A DNA stretch of 60,066 bases from Octopus bimaculoides (lineage: Eukaryota): positions 22,467,987 to 22,528,052 of the forward strand of contig NC_069004.1 of the NCBI RefSeq assembly GCF_001194135.2. Direction: 5' to 3'. Positions 36,431-49,112 of the stretch are shown here, piece after piece. A program made the position numbers and the translations under genes. How positions within the stretch are numbered: position 1 is the first letter of the stretch; the number at the start of each line of letters is the position of its first letter. The notes below the pieces were generated by a model that made no database searches, was not told the DNA's origin, and saw only the letters and a list, made by a program, of their open reading frames with translations.

Positions 36431-37769
36431 GCCTTAGTGAAGAGAAAAATACTGACATAAGAGAAACATTAAAACATCTGATGTCAAATAAGTCCACATT
36501 GAATCACCAATGTCAAATAGGTGGCACCAAAATGTCACAAACCCCCATGGGCAGTGAGAGAAGTCGTTAACACTTGCCCAAGGTGTTATTTTAAGTTTCT
36601 AGAGAGAAGTAACTACATGTCTCATTCGCAGGTTCACTCTAAAGAGTGTCTGTTTCTAAAACTATATTATCTAATGTGTTTCTCACATTTTCAAGATGGC
36701 CATATGTATTTTGAGGGAAACTTAGCTATTATTTCTTGTAGATCATGTAACCAAAGAGTCTCTCTCTTTGGCATGTCAAGTCAATAGAACAATTGTTTGG
36801 AAAGTTGATGTAGTTGGCAGTGCAGTTAGAAAAAGATCAGCTTTTAATGGGTAGTATTTGAGTGTATGGTAGCTTGTCTGTGTGTGTGTGTGTGTGTGTG
36901 TAAATTTGTGCACATGTATTATGCATGTATGTATTTATGGGTGTATGTGAATAGGAATTTACACGAGTGTGTATATGTGAGTGTATTTTGCTAATTTCCT
37001 CTCTAATTCCTTTTTCTGTGTAAATCTTCAGTAATTCATCAAAAACTGTTTCAAGTGAAGGTAGTTTCAGAATGATTAATTTTCTGTCCCAGTGACCTCT
37101 CATCTTCCTCCATCATAATCATCACTACCACCACCACCACCATCATTCTCATCACCACAATCATCATTGTGATCCTCTTTCTCCTCCTCCCACTCCTTGA
37201 AATATATCTTGCTATTTGTTTTTGAAATTTATTTATTTATTTGTTTGATTTGCCTGTTTAATTTATCTGTCTAATTTGTTTACTTATTGAAACAGCCATA
37301 TACACACACACACATACTCACACACACACACATATGTATTGTGTGTGTGTGTGTGTGTGTGTATGTTGGTGAGGGTAACACAGTAGTGAAAAGAACAGTT
37401 GAATTAATGGTGGTGGTGCTTATTATAGTTGTGGTAACGACAACAGTTGTAGTAATGACAGCAGTGGTGTTAACAGTGGCAGTAGTTAGTGTGCATTATG
37501 TTGTTGTTGTTGGTAGTTGACATGTTATTGGTAATAGTAAAAGCTGTATTGGTTGGGTGATGTTGCTTATAATTGTGATAATGACAGTAGTTACGCTGTT
37601 GATGTGGGCAGTGGTCCTGTACTAGTGGTGGTAGAAGTAATTGTATCGATTATAGGAGCAATAACTAACAACTATGGTGACATTAACAGTAGTGGTGGTC
37701 ATGGCAATAATGATAATTATAGACAGCACTGGCAGAGGAAATAATGGCAGAGGTACTACTGGTGATGGA

Positions 37770-37975
37770 GTTTAACTCCAGGTTAGCCATGATCAAGCAG
37801 ACATGTAATTAAAAGTCTTCAAACTGTGACTATCCCATCTTTTTCCTATCTCTGAGGAACCCAGAATGACATCTGATGTATTCTTTTTTTCATATTTGAG
37901 GGAGATTTAGCTGCAATTTTTTAGTTGGTTGAGCAGCCAGTCATATAGAGGCCTTCTCATTGGCTGATGCAGTAT
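37770..37975 (+). repeat. Dispersed repeat family D copy
   Basis: Contains TTAACTCCAGGTTAGCC..ATTTGAGGGAGATTTAGCTGC. Confidence 0.55.
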
Positions 37976-38599
37976 TGTTGTTTTGTTAGTTATGGTGTCT
38001 GTGGTGCAGGTAGTGAAGCATAGCTATGATCCAAAGTGTTCCAGCCATGACTATCCTGTCTTTTAGTATTAGAGTACTGGTTAATTGGGGATGCTTGTAT
38101 GCACACAAGCATTATAGACTATATCTTAAGAAGAAAAATCATTTAGCTGAATATTAATGGCCAATTCACCACACATTGTAATCTATGGCCTGCAACCCAA
38201 CAATCAAGTCCACATCTTCTTTAAATCATACCCTACTGTCTTAATAAAAGAAGGACATATTGGATAATGTTAGATATGCAGGGTCTGAAAGTACAATTGG
38301 ATGGTCATTGCTGGAAATGTCTTTGTTCATAGATCTGCTTATCAGAACTTAGGTAGGGGCTAAACATCAGTAACAACTAATGGTCAAGAGAAATGCTGTG
38401 TCTTCTCTCTGTCTCTTCTGCTGCTGCTGTAACTATGTAGTGGAATGGTGTAGCAAAATATGTCATTGAGGTAGCAGATGAAATAGGCCTGTGGACGATA
38501 TCAATGTAAAACAATGGGAAGGCATCGGATTGTGGCTTAAATAATTTATTTAATCAACACTTGCATTTACATGTTTTATACACCAGAAAATTCACTACA

Positions 38600-38920
38600 T
38601 GACATTACCAACTTGCTTCGAGTTGGCGAAGTAGAAAATAAAACAGGGGAAATATTGTTTCGATGTGATGAGGAGGAAATATTGTGTCGATGTGATGGGC
38701 ATGTTTTGTGTCTGTGTGTGTGTTGGTCATTCGGTCGTGTCTGTTTATGTTCTGCGACTGCTACTGTGTTGGGTCATTCATGCTGAATATGTGGTTCTAT
38801 GTTGGCTGCTTGACTGGCGCAAGTTAACTGCTGGCTGTCTGCTTGTCTCTTGACAGTTCGCCTGGTGATGGCTATCTACCTCCTGCCGCACGTCTGACTG
38901 TATTCACAATGGTCATGACA
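38600..38920. mobile_element. Possible solo LTR
   Basis: 321 bp with TG..CA ends, imperfect 10-bp terminal inverted repeats (TGACATTACC / GGTCATGACA), an internal AATAAA and retained CpGs. I found no TSD. Confidence 0.35.
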
Positions 38921-39659
38921 GCAAGAAGGACAGACATGCCACAGGAGCAACTTCTACCTATGTAGGTTGCCTCTCATCCACTTGAACCCCAAATGACACA
39001 GCTCAGGTTGCAGGACAAAGAGAAATCCATCCATCACTCCTTGACAGGACAAAGAAATCTCCCTTGCGCCTGCTTGGCCAAGGGTGGATCAGATGAGCAA
39101 GAATCCCTGGATTCGGTCTTGAATCTCAGCTTGGAAAAAGGAAGTGTTAGTTTTTACAACTACTTCTACTCCTTTGAAATAGCAAATTGTATACCACTTC
39201 CACACAAACCTACTTTTATCTTCTACCTCTCCTCCTCTTGTTATCCTATTTATATCTTATTGATCAAGTTACTGGCGCAGTGTGTACTTAACAAATATGC
39301 TTTACAGGCATGCAGTTCTGGGTTCAGTCCTATTGCATGGCATCTTCATGAGCCACTTCTGTCATAGCGGAGGTAGATCCAGACACATTGCTTCAGTCCT
39401 CAAGCCCCTTTTAATCTCATTCCTTGTCTTGTTATCCCTATTGTATCTCATCATTTAAGTTGCAGGCATAGTGTGTGGTTATCAAGCTTGTTTCACAGTC
39501 ATGTGGTTTCAAGTTCCATCCAACTGTATGGAACCTTGGCAAGTGTCTTCTTCCTCAGTTTAGATTGACCTGAGTCAAGTGAATGAAATTTGGTAAATGG
39601 AAACTGTGCGAAAGCCTATCAAACATGTCTCCTTGTTTTACACCATCACCTGGTCCTGT

Positions 39660-39820
39660 TTTGAATTAATCATGCATTATCTTGTAGCTTTGAGATTTCA
39701 ATGATGTGATTGTTTATTTGTTAGAATTATATTGTTGGGTAGGTATGAGAGGCCAAATCTAGCTGGTTTGAACATAAAACAGAGAATATTTGGGGCCAGA
39801 TATGGCTGGTTTAAATACAA
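39660..39820. mobile_element. piggyBac-type MITE family, partial inverted copy
   Basis: Reverse complement of the 34225-34444 interior (GTAGCTTTGAGATTTC..GGCCAGATATGGCTGGTTTAAAT). Confidence 0.65.
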
Positions 39821-40634
39821 GGTTCAACAGAATCTGCTATGTTGCAGACAGTTGTAGCAAGTCTCTGATCATTGGATAACTAATCAGTTGTGATTCTTTC
39901 TCTGTTTTGTTCACCTGTCTCAGAGTCCTAAAAAAAGAAATATTATAGGTCCTGTCCCTTCTTTCTCTGAGCAAACCATAAACTTAACTCCTTGTCCTTT
40001 TAATTAAACACTTTTTTTCCTCCAATCCTTTCAACACTGCATTCTTCTTGGAATTCTCTCTATGCTTACAATTTCTTTCTTTCTTTCTTTCTTTCTTTCT
40101 TTTTTATCCCTCTCTCCTCTTTTTCTTCCTTCTTCCTTTCTTTTTCTTGTGTCCACATAATAAAGATTAGTGAGTGTTATGATGTGAATGCTTCTTCCTT
40201 GGCCCTTTTATTTAGCCATACAGTGTGTCTTTGTATCAGAGAGAGAGAGAGAGAAGATTAATCCCAGTATTTCACTGTTATTTTTCCCTACAACCTACAG
40301 AATGCCAATTTTAACAACAACCAGCTTAAACTCCTTAGCCTGTGATGTCCTTCAGATGAGATGTGCACTGCTCCCTCTTCTTTCTTCCTCCTCTCACTCA
40401 ACAATAAAGAGAAACAACAAAACTTCAAAAGAACAATTTTATGAATGAACTTTAATTAGCCCCCATACCTGTGTATTAGTGTGACCCTACAGTCATTTCC
40501 TTCTACACTTTCTGCACTTCCCATGTTGTTTAATCACTCTTTTCACCCCCAACATTATTTCTCCAACCAGATACTCATTTTTCCTTCACTCCTTCTCTCT
40601 ATCTTACTCCATTCTTTCTAACATAAACCCCTCG

Positions 40635-40738
40635 CTTCTTCTTCTTCTTCTTCTTCTTCTTCTTCTTCTTCTTCTTTTTCTTCTTCTTCTTCTTCTTCTT
40701 CTTCTTCTTCTTCTTCTTCTTCTTCTTCTTCTTCTTCT
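40635..40738. repeat. (CTT)n microsatellite
   Basis: Read directly; a shorter (CTT)n lies at ~22319-22356. Confidence 0.97.
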
Positions 40739-41123
40739 CTAAAGGTCAGTTTCATTGACATCTGTTCTATCCCCCTTTCCAACCAACCCACATGCCACCC
40801 ATCTGTCTTCAGGTTCCTTTGATTCCATCAAGGAGGTCATTGTAACTCATCTGTTGCTTCCATTAGAAATTTTCCCCAAGATATTACTAAGTGCTTCCAT
40901 ACTTTAGTCCCTTACCCACGTGTTGGAGGTCTTTTATATTTGATAAGCTTTATTCATTGACTGTAACCATGCTGGGACACTGCCTTGAAGGATTTTAGTT
41001 GAACAAATTGAGCCTGGGACTTATTTTTAAGTTTGATACTAATTCTATCAGTTTCTTTTGCCAAATCAGTAGTTACAGGAGCATAAACAAACCAACACAT
41101 ACATACATATTAAAATACATATA

Positions 41124-42915
41124 CATCATCGTCATTTTTTAATGTCTGCTTCTGGCATGGGTTGGATGGTTTGACAGAGGACTGGCAAGCCAGGAGGCTG
41201 CAGCAGGCTCCAATCTGATCTGGCATGGCTTCTTCAGCTGGATGCCCTTCCTAATGCCAACTACTCTGAGAGTGTCTTGGGCGCTTTTTACGTGCCACCA
41301 GCATGGGAGCCAGACATGTGTACTGGCATCTACCACACTCAAATGGTACTTTTTATGTGCTGCCGGCACGGGCGCCAGTCAGGTGGCACTGGCATTGGCC
41401 ATGCTCAAATGGTGCTTTTTATGTGCCACTGGCATGGGTGCCAGTCAGGCGGCACTAGTATCAGCCACGACTACAATTTCACTTGACCCAACATGTCTTC
41501 TCAAGCACAGCATATTGCCCGACAATTGACAGGTACTTTTAAACAGGCCAGTTACGTGACATCAGCCGTGGCTACTATCTCACTTGGCTTGCTGGATCTT
41601 CTCAAGCACAGCATATCTCCAAAAGTCTTGGTCACTTGTCAGTGCCTCTGTGAGGCCCAATGTCAAAGGTCATGCTTCACTACCCCATCCCATGTCTTCC
41701 TGGGTCTATCTCTTCCACATTCTCTCCACTGTTAAGGTGTGACACTTCTTAACACACCTGTCCTCATTCATACGCAACATGACCATACCAGCACAGTTGT
41801 TTCCCTTGCACACCACATCTGACGCTTTATATGTCCAACTTTTCTCTCAGGGTGCTTACACTTTGTTGTGTATACACACTGACATTACGCATACAATAGA
41901 GCATACTAGCTTCATTTCTTTCAAGCGTACACATGTCCTCAGCAGTCACAACCCATGTTTCACTGCCATGTAGCATGGCTGTTCACACACAGGTATCATA
42001 CACTCTACCTTTCACTCTTAGAGGCCCTTTGTTACTAGCAGAGGTAGGAGGTCTCTGAACTTTGCCCAGGCAATTCTTATTCTAGCAGCTATGCTCTCAG
42101 AGCATCCACCTCAGCTACTGACTTCATCACCTAGGTAATGGGAGCTATCAACTACTTCTAGTTTTTGTCCCTGGCATGTAATGGAATCTGTCTTCTGTAC
42201 ATCTTCAGTGTTTATTGCTCCTTTGCACCTGCCACACTCAAAAACTATCTTCCCAGTTCACCTTCCTTTGATATCGTTGCACCTCTTATGTGTCCATAGC
42301 TTACACCAGGTACATCTTATGAAATTTCTGCCTATGTCTTTTCTACAGATTGAGCAGGGCCATTTACCTGAAGGGATTTGTGATTTGTCTGCCTTCCTAC
42401 TTACTTAGACTTTGGTTTTTGCTAGATTGACCCTAAGGCCCTTCAATTGTAGACCTTGCTTCCACACCTGAAACTTCTCTAGTTCTGGTAGTGATTCAGC
42501 TATGAGAGCAAGGTCATTAGCATAAAGGAGTTCCAAGGGCAGCCTGTCTTGAATTCCTCTGTTATTTCCTGGAGGACTATGATGAACAAGAGGGAGCTGA
42601 GGACTGATCCTTGGTTAACCCCTACTCATACCCTGGATTCTTCACTATACTTGTTGCCAACTGTCACCTAACTGACAGTATCCCTGTACATGTCTTGTAC
42701 AGCTCTCACTAACCACTCATCTATACCTAGTTTCCACATTGACCATCAAATAAGGGATTGGGGGACCCTGTCAAAGGCTTTCTCCATGTCAACAAAAGCC
42801 AAGTACAGAGGTTTGTCTTTGGCTAGGAATTTCTCCTGCAGCTGTTTTACCAGCATCAGTGGTACTTCTCCCTGGCACAAATCCAAACTGCATCTCATCT
42901 AAATTAACTCTCTCC
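41124..42915 (-). mobile_element. 5'-truncated RTE LINE, same PHD-in-RT family as 1-1765
   Basis: The minus strand reads DEMQFGFVPGRSTTDA..AFVDMEKAFDRVP..LLYANDLAL, the PHD (42225-42356) and LLHGSETW. The 3' UTR repeats and a GATGAT tail follow at ~41124. Confidence 0.92.
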
Positions 42916-43029
42916 CTAATTAGTTGGGCTATGACACACACTCACACACACACACAAATTTTTTAAGCAATAGAAAAAGAATTTAGGAGGATTTTATATT
43001 CTTGATTTAAATAAATAATTATATATATG

Positions 43030-43135
43030 TGTGTGTGTGTGAGCCTGTGTGTGTGAGCCTGTGTGTGTGAGCCTGTGTGTGTGAGCCTGTGTGTGTCAGC
43101 GTGTGTGTGTCAGCCTCTGTGTGTCAGCTTGTGTG
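43030..43135. repeat. 14-bp minisatellite (GTGTGTGAGCCTGT-like), about 7 units
   Basis: Tandem copies read directly, degenerating to GTGTGTCAGC. Confidence 0.85.
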
Positions 43136-43289
43136 CATCTGCACTCTTCCTTCAGCATTAAGAGAATTTTAACTATCTCTAGTAATGTAGGTGCATCAGC
43201 ATCCTCAGTCACACTTAGTGATAATTGAATTTTCCTTTCTGGTATCACATTGCGCCTAGCTGTTTATATTAATTTTTTCTACTCGCACA

Positions 43290-44478
43290 CGCAGACACTT
43301 TTATTTCCTTCAAAGTATTTTCCATTTGAAGCAAATGCGCTTTTCACTGTTAGAAGCAGTGCCGGACCTTTGGCTAAGTGATGCCTTTTAACGCCTCCAT
43401 CATCTTTTCGTCACCTTTTCCATATCTGCAAAACGTTTTCCTTTAAGGACTTTTTTCATTTGTGTGAACAAAAGTTGTAGGAGTAATATTGGGTGAATAG
43501 GGAAGGTGGGTAAATGGGGTCATGTATTTTGGGTTAGAAACTGTCTCACACTGAAGGCAGTGTGCAAAGGTGTATTGCCATGATGAAACCACTACTCTCC
43601 ACTTTGCCACTGGTTAAGGTGTTTTTGCCTTGCCATGTCTTGCAAATGCTTCAGAAGTGCCAAGTAAAATGTCTGGTTAACAGTTTGACCAGGAAAAGCA
43701 AATACTGTGTGGACCATTCCTTTCGCATCGATGAAACAAATCAGCACCGTCTTGACCTGGGACTTCACTTCACAGACTTTTTGGGGGCATGGTGACATTG
43801 AATGCTTCCATCGACTTGATTGCTGCTTCTTTTCCAAGTCATAGCCATAGCACCAGTTTTTGTCACCAGTGATGACCTTTGAAAAATGTCCTGATTAACT
43901 TCCAACTATTCTTTCAGTTCACATCATGCATTAAGTTGAGCAAGTGAGGCACAAATTTTGCTGCAACTCTTTTCATTCACAATTCCTTACTCAAAAATTT
44001 GTTAGCAGGAGCACCAGGACACACCAGTCATATCAACAAGTTCATCAATTGTTTGGTGACGGTCCTCCAAGATCAGTTCATGAATTTTCATGATGTTTTC
44101 AATCATTTGGGAGGTTGATGATTGCCCTGAATGAGGTTGGTCCTCATGTGACAAGTGACCATTCCTAAAGTGTGAAAACTTGTGTTTTGCTTATGGTAGC
44201 ATCCTTGTAAGCTGTTTGAAGCATGAGAACTGCCAACTGTTTTCCCAAGCAGAAGACAAAATTTCATGGAAGCATGCTGTTCCTTCATTTCAGCCATCAC
44301 AAGAATTGATGAACAGAGGAGAAGCGCTGCAAAACAAAGGTGCACCATGTGGCAATATGACTTCACTCTGTGATGCCAGTCGGCAGACTCATGCCTGAAG
44401 GTCACATCAAGTGACTTCAAGTGGTGAAAGCCTGAACTACAATGGGCTTGTCTCACAGAGATTGTGGGTACACCTTAG
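43290..44478 (-). mobile_element. Mariner (irritans-like) relic
   Basis: Reads MAEMKEQHASMKFC.., VTGDKNWCYGYD..KQQSSRWK..KTVLICFID..GQTVNQTFY and LKGKRFAD..NGKYFEG. One TIR-like end lies at ~44478 and the sequence is heavily mutated. Confidence 0.82.
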
Positions 44479-45506
44479 TATATATATATTTGTGGTTGAT
44501 TTAGCGAAATGCTATTGTGAAAATTACGAAATAATGATGGCAACTGTATGCAAATGAAACCAAAAAGTAAAAATGCAATTGTCTCTAATAGTGACTGAGG
44601 ATGCTGGGTAGAACCTGCAGCTCTAAGGGTTTTAACTCTTATTTCTAACAATATAGGTGCTACCCAGCACTTTTAGAAAAGTGGTTCTTAAGGTTCACAC
44701 AAAGTTATAAATAATAGCATGTAACTATTGGGTTTTTCAGCCCTTTTGGATAAAAACATCAAAAGCTGCTCAGGGGCCCAAACTCACTTTTTCTCCAGAC
44801 ACAGCAAGTATTCTAAAATGGATAGAGAATTTTGAAAGATTTCTTTGGTACAATGATAGAACACCTATCATGTCTACAGGAAATGTGGGTTTGAGTCCCA
44901 TGGGCAGCCTTCGACTTTGTCTCTACAAATGGGTTTTTCAACCCAATATTTACATGCTGTGATTTATGTCTTTAGATGAACCTCAAGAGAAAATCTGGGC
45001 TTTGATGAGAATCAATTGGTTGGTCTGTTCCAAAGATTAGCTGACTAGTGCTATGGAACAAGGATTTCAGGATAAACTCTATAGGTAGAGAAGGGCTGGT
45101 AGTGAGGCCTATCTAAGGTGTATGCTGAATGACAAAACTTTTCTGCAAGCACTTGTTCAATGTCTGAGCATTGTTTACTTGAGAAGTTTTATAGAACAGC
45201 TTGGTTATAGACCAAATGCATTAGGATGATTGTGCCACCGTATCTTCCTCTGACCTGGAAGAGCAGATAGTTTATCTCTGTCTTGTGTCAGTGATGAAAG
45301 ACGTTGCGATGGACTTTACTGAAAGACTATGGACAAGCACTTGTCTCTTTGGCCAAACCCTCATTGATCTTTTCAAGCCTTGTTTGGGGTAGGCTGTAAG
45401 GGTGTGGAGGGAGATGTTGCCTCCCAGTAAATTTCTTCAAAGCTGTGTAGTGAGAATGGCCTGAGTGAATGGGCATGCATTCTTTCAGTATACAACTCTA
45501 AATCTA

Positions 45507-45979
45507 CGAGAAGTCAAAATTATCCACACTTTCGGCATAACATATCTTTATTATTGTCACACTGCCTTCTCTGCATGTGTGCTTATAGTTGATACTATTG
45601 TGGTCACATGATCGAAGTTTGAGCTTGATTGCACCATTTTACTTTCTGGCTTTGCAGTGTAGGCATGGCCACTCCACTAGCAATGTGCACCAAAGAAGAA
45701 CAAAGAGCAGTGATCTGATTTCTTTTGGTCAGAAGGTGTGTCAAGTGCTGAAATTCATCGGAAGCTTTTAGCACAATACAAGGATAGTGCACTACCATGT
45801 AGAAGTGTGTATCAGTGGATTGAGAAGTTTAAAAGTGGCTGGACAAGTGTGATGCAGGCTCAAACTTCGATCATGTGATCACAATAGTACCAACTATAAG
45901 CATGCATGCACAGAAAGCAGTGTGACAATAATAAAGATATGTTATGGCAAAAGTGCGGATAATTTTTGACTTCCCCTCA
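45507..45979 (+). mobile_element. Non-autonomous mariner derivative with ~120-bp TIRs enclosing only the transposase N-terminus
   Basis: Arms 45507-45627 and 45855-45979 have TA flanks (45505-06 and 45980-81). The interior reads MATPLAMCTKEEQRAVI*..SEGVSSAEIHRKL..SVYQWIEKFKSG. Confidence 0.85.
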
Positions 45980-46104
45980 TAGTAATAAAAGTTGTGGGTT
46001 GGGTATTTCCTTTAGTGGTTCGGCTGATCCTTGATTTTGGGGTTACTGGACTAGCCCTAATTGGGGGTCCTCTTTTACCTGGAGGACTGTTAATTGTATG
46101 TTAT

Positions 46105-46283
46105 CTCTTACTTGTTTCAGTCATTAGGCTGTGGCCATGTTGGGGCACTGCCTTGAAAAACTTTTAGTTGAATGAATTGACCCCAGTACTTATATTTTTT
46201 TAAACCTGGTACTTATTCTATTGATCTTTTTTGCCAAACCACTATGTTACGGGGTTGTACAAAACACACACACACACACACAC

Positions 46284-46345
<62 letters not shown>

Positions 46346-46480
46346 GACAGGGTTTCTTCAGTTTCCGTCTACCAAATCCACTCAAGGCTTTGGTTGACCT
46401 GAGGCTATAGTAGAAGACGTTTGCCCAAAATGCCATGTAATTGGAAAGTAAGCTTCTTACCACATAGCCATGATGCCTGT
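46105..46480 (-). mobile_element. SINE family A (minus)
   Basis: Both halves and the central (CA)/(TG)/(TA) tract are present. Confidence 0.8.
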
Positions 46481-46803
46481 ACCTATGTATATTTTTGTCT
46501 CATACATTTTTTCTTCTTCATTGGATTCTTATGTAAACCACAACTTTGCAATGTTCCTTTCAATCTATGCACCTGTGACGAATAAAAACAATCATCATCA
46601 TTGCTGTCACCACCATTACCACTACTACTACAACAACAACAGCAATTTTGAAAAATCTATTTTCGCTTATAATTCATATGGTTCAGTTTAATTTTCGCCA
46701 TCTGTGTTTTTACAACATTTTTGATAAAAATTCTGACAGTTTTACTATGTATGCTTTGTCTGTAGCAACTGTCACATTTCTTTGTGCGTGTGTGGGTGGG
46801 TCT

Positions 46804-46836
<33 letters not shown>

Positions 46837-48791
46837 CCTTTCTGCCTTGGTTTTATATGATATTCTTTGGTAAGGTAAGTGAACAACGCAGTGTTTCACA
46901 TTGCTATGGCAGTATCACAGGACTTAGCTAACCTATGTAAACAATGTGGGTGGATGGGAGGGAAACATAGCAATGAGGAGATGGTGGGGTAGAATGGGTT
47001 TTATGTTAATGACACGGTTGATGATGATGACAGTGATGACTTAAAATGAAACTTATGAGATGAAGTTGGGCATGTTGATGCAGGAATGAAGATGGTTTGA
47101 TATGGCTATTGTTATTTAACTGGAATGGAGGGATAGTGTAATAAGAATGATAATGGTAGTGGTAGTGATTACAATGGCAGTGGTAGTTGTTAGGATGGTG
47201 GTGGTAATAATGATGATGATGATAGTTATGATAATGGTGGTGGTGATTATGATGATGATGATGATAATAATGATGTGAAATTGATGATGTTGATGTAGGA
47301 ATGATGATGTTTTACTATTGCAGTTGTTCTGGCTATTAGCCAGCCCTCCGGGCTGATTGATATTCTAAACAAATAACCAACCATTACCACAAGCAGATCA
47401 CCATGATCACAGCTTCTCTATCATGTGTTTTGTATTGAAGAATAACGACGATGATGATGATAAAGCAATCGGTTTGACAAATGACATCCATGTCAAAGAG
47501 TGGCTGACTCTTGGAGACGAATCTTTACTTTTAAAAAATTTTTATTATTGGTCTTCCTCTGTCTGGTTGCTATGGTGAATGAGGATGTGTGCTGGTGGGA
47601 GACTGTGAAAGGACTAAAGACAGACACTAGCATGAGCAGATGGGCCTACACTTACTATACCTATAGGTTGGAAAGATTAACTTGGAGGTGGCATTTGTCT
47701 TTGGTGCTGTATTGGGTTTGTTTTTTTACCTCGTCCTCTGACTCAGGGATTTTAGCAGGAGTGACTAAGTTGCATATGCACATTTTTGGCAGAACAAATA
47801 CCACAAGGTATTTTTATTTTCTAGTCAATGCTTACAACTATTACCTGTAAACATATATGTATCAGCAAAAGACACACATACAAACACACACACACACAGC
47901 AAAAACAACTCCTGAATCTTAATGACAATGATGATGATGATGACGACGACAGCGACGGCGACATCTTTGCACACATTCTGATTGAAGTCCTTCTAGATTC
48001 TAGAAAGACTGGAATGTTCTCTAACCTCACGACATAAAGAGGATAAGATTTCTTATTAAGAAGTCATTCTGACTGCTGATGCACACTGAGTACCCTCATT
48101 TTCTGGGAATCAGCAGAACTAAGGATCATCTCAGGGAAGGAACTTTCAAAACAAAACAAGATGGAAAGAAATGATTGTATGATGAATGGAACTGGGAAGT
48201 GGTATGCTTATTGACTTTTTTCCACTTAACATAGCTGAAAGTTTAAGAACAAACAGCTACAATTGGGGATTGAAATCAGTTCTTGAACCAAGCTTATAAA
48301 AAGAACTTAACAAAATATGAATCTCCTAATTTTGAGATGGAGGGATTTTGCAGACTGGGGCTTACTTCTAGTTTCATGGATGAACTAGATGAAAACTAGA
48401 TCTAACCTGGGATAAGATCCCAGCTATCTCCGCTACATTATGTTCTGGTCTCTATTCCCTATATATATAAAACTAACTATTGGAATAATGTAGAATAAAT
48501 TATCCTGCCCAGAAATGATTTGAACTCATGACCTATGAATTGGTTGTCTAATACCTTATCCACTAAACCATTTTTCTTTCACAACATTTTACTTTTAATC
48601 TCACCACCCACCAGAAAGTCAACTATCGATAGCTCACAAAGTTGCCCAAGGCCAAAAATTTGCAAAAGTTTGATCCCACTGCGCAACACCCTGGACAAGT
48701 GTCTTCACCATAACCTTAAGTTAACCAATACATTGTGAATGAAACTTGGTTGATGGAAACTGCAAAGAAACCTGTTGTATGTGTGTGTAAT

Positions 48792-49064
48792 TGTTGTGCG
48801 AGAGTACAATACCCTCTGGTGAGAATGGACTGGACCACTACATATAAATAGTAATGGCCTGTAAGTGAGGTAGTCCATGCTAGTTCCACAGTTCATGTGT
48901 TGATAGTTCAAAGTTGGAGTTTAAAGTTCACAGTTTGAGTTAGCATGTTGGATTGTTGGTTCTCAAAAGATTGTAGTTACGTCCTGTGTGGTTACTACCG
49001 TTTGTTTTGATTATGTTGTTATTACACTGTTGCAGTGTATTTGTTTATCCATAAGGACATAAGA
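48792..49064 (+). repeat. 5' LTR (273 bp)
   Basis: Starts TGTTGTGCGAG, aligns to the 3' LTR and contains TATAAATA. Confidence 0.9.
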
Positions 49065-49066
49065 TC

Positions 49067-49079
49067 TGACAATGAGGAT
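49067..49079 (+). promoter_or_regulatory. Primer-binding site (decayed TGGCGACGAGGAT, tRNA-Ser(GCU)-complementary type)
   Basis: TGACAATGAGGAT lies just 3' of the LTR and differs from TGGCGACGAGGAT by three transitions, two of them at CpG sites. Confidence 0.6.
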
Positions 49080-49112
49080 CGTTCGAAACTCACATTGGTT
49101 ATCTGACAATTT

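Noticed and set aside
37287-37760. Val/Thr/Asn-rich ORFs (also ~8030-8730 and 47000-47300)
   Set aside because: They arise from low-complexity GTA/GTG/GAT trinucleotide tracts.
47500-47850. 116-aa ORF with a hydrophobic N-terminal stretch
   Set aside because: It starts at GTG, has no recognisable family and runs through a duplicated segment, so it cannot be supported as a CDS.
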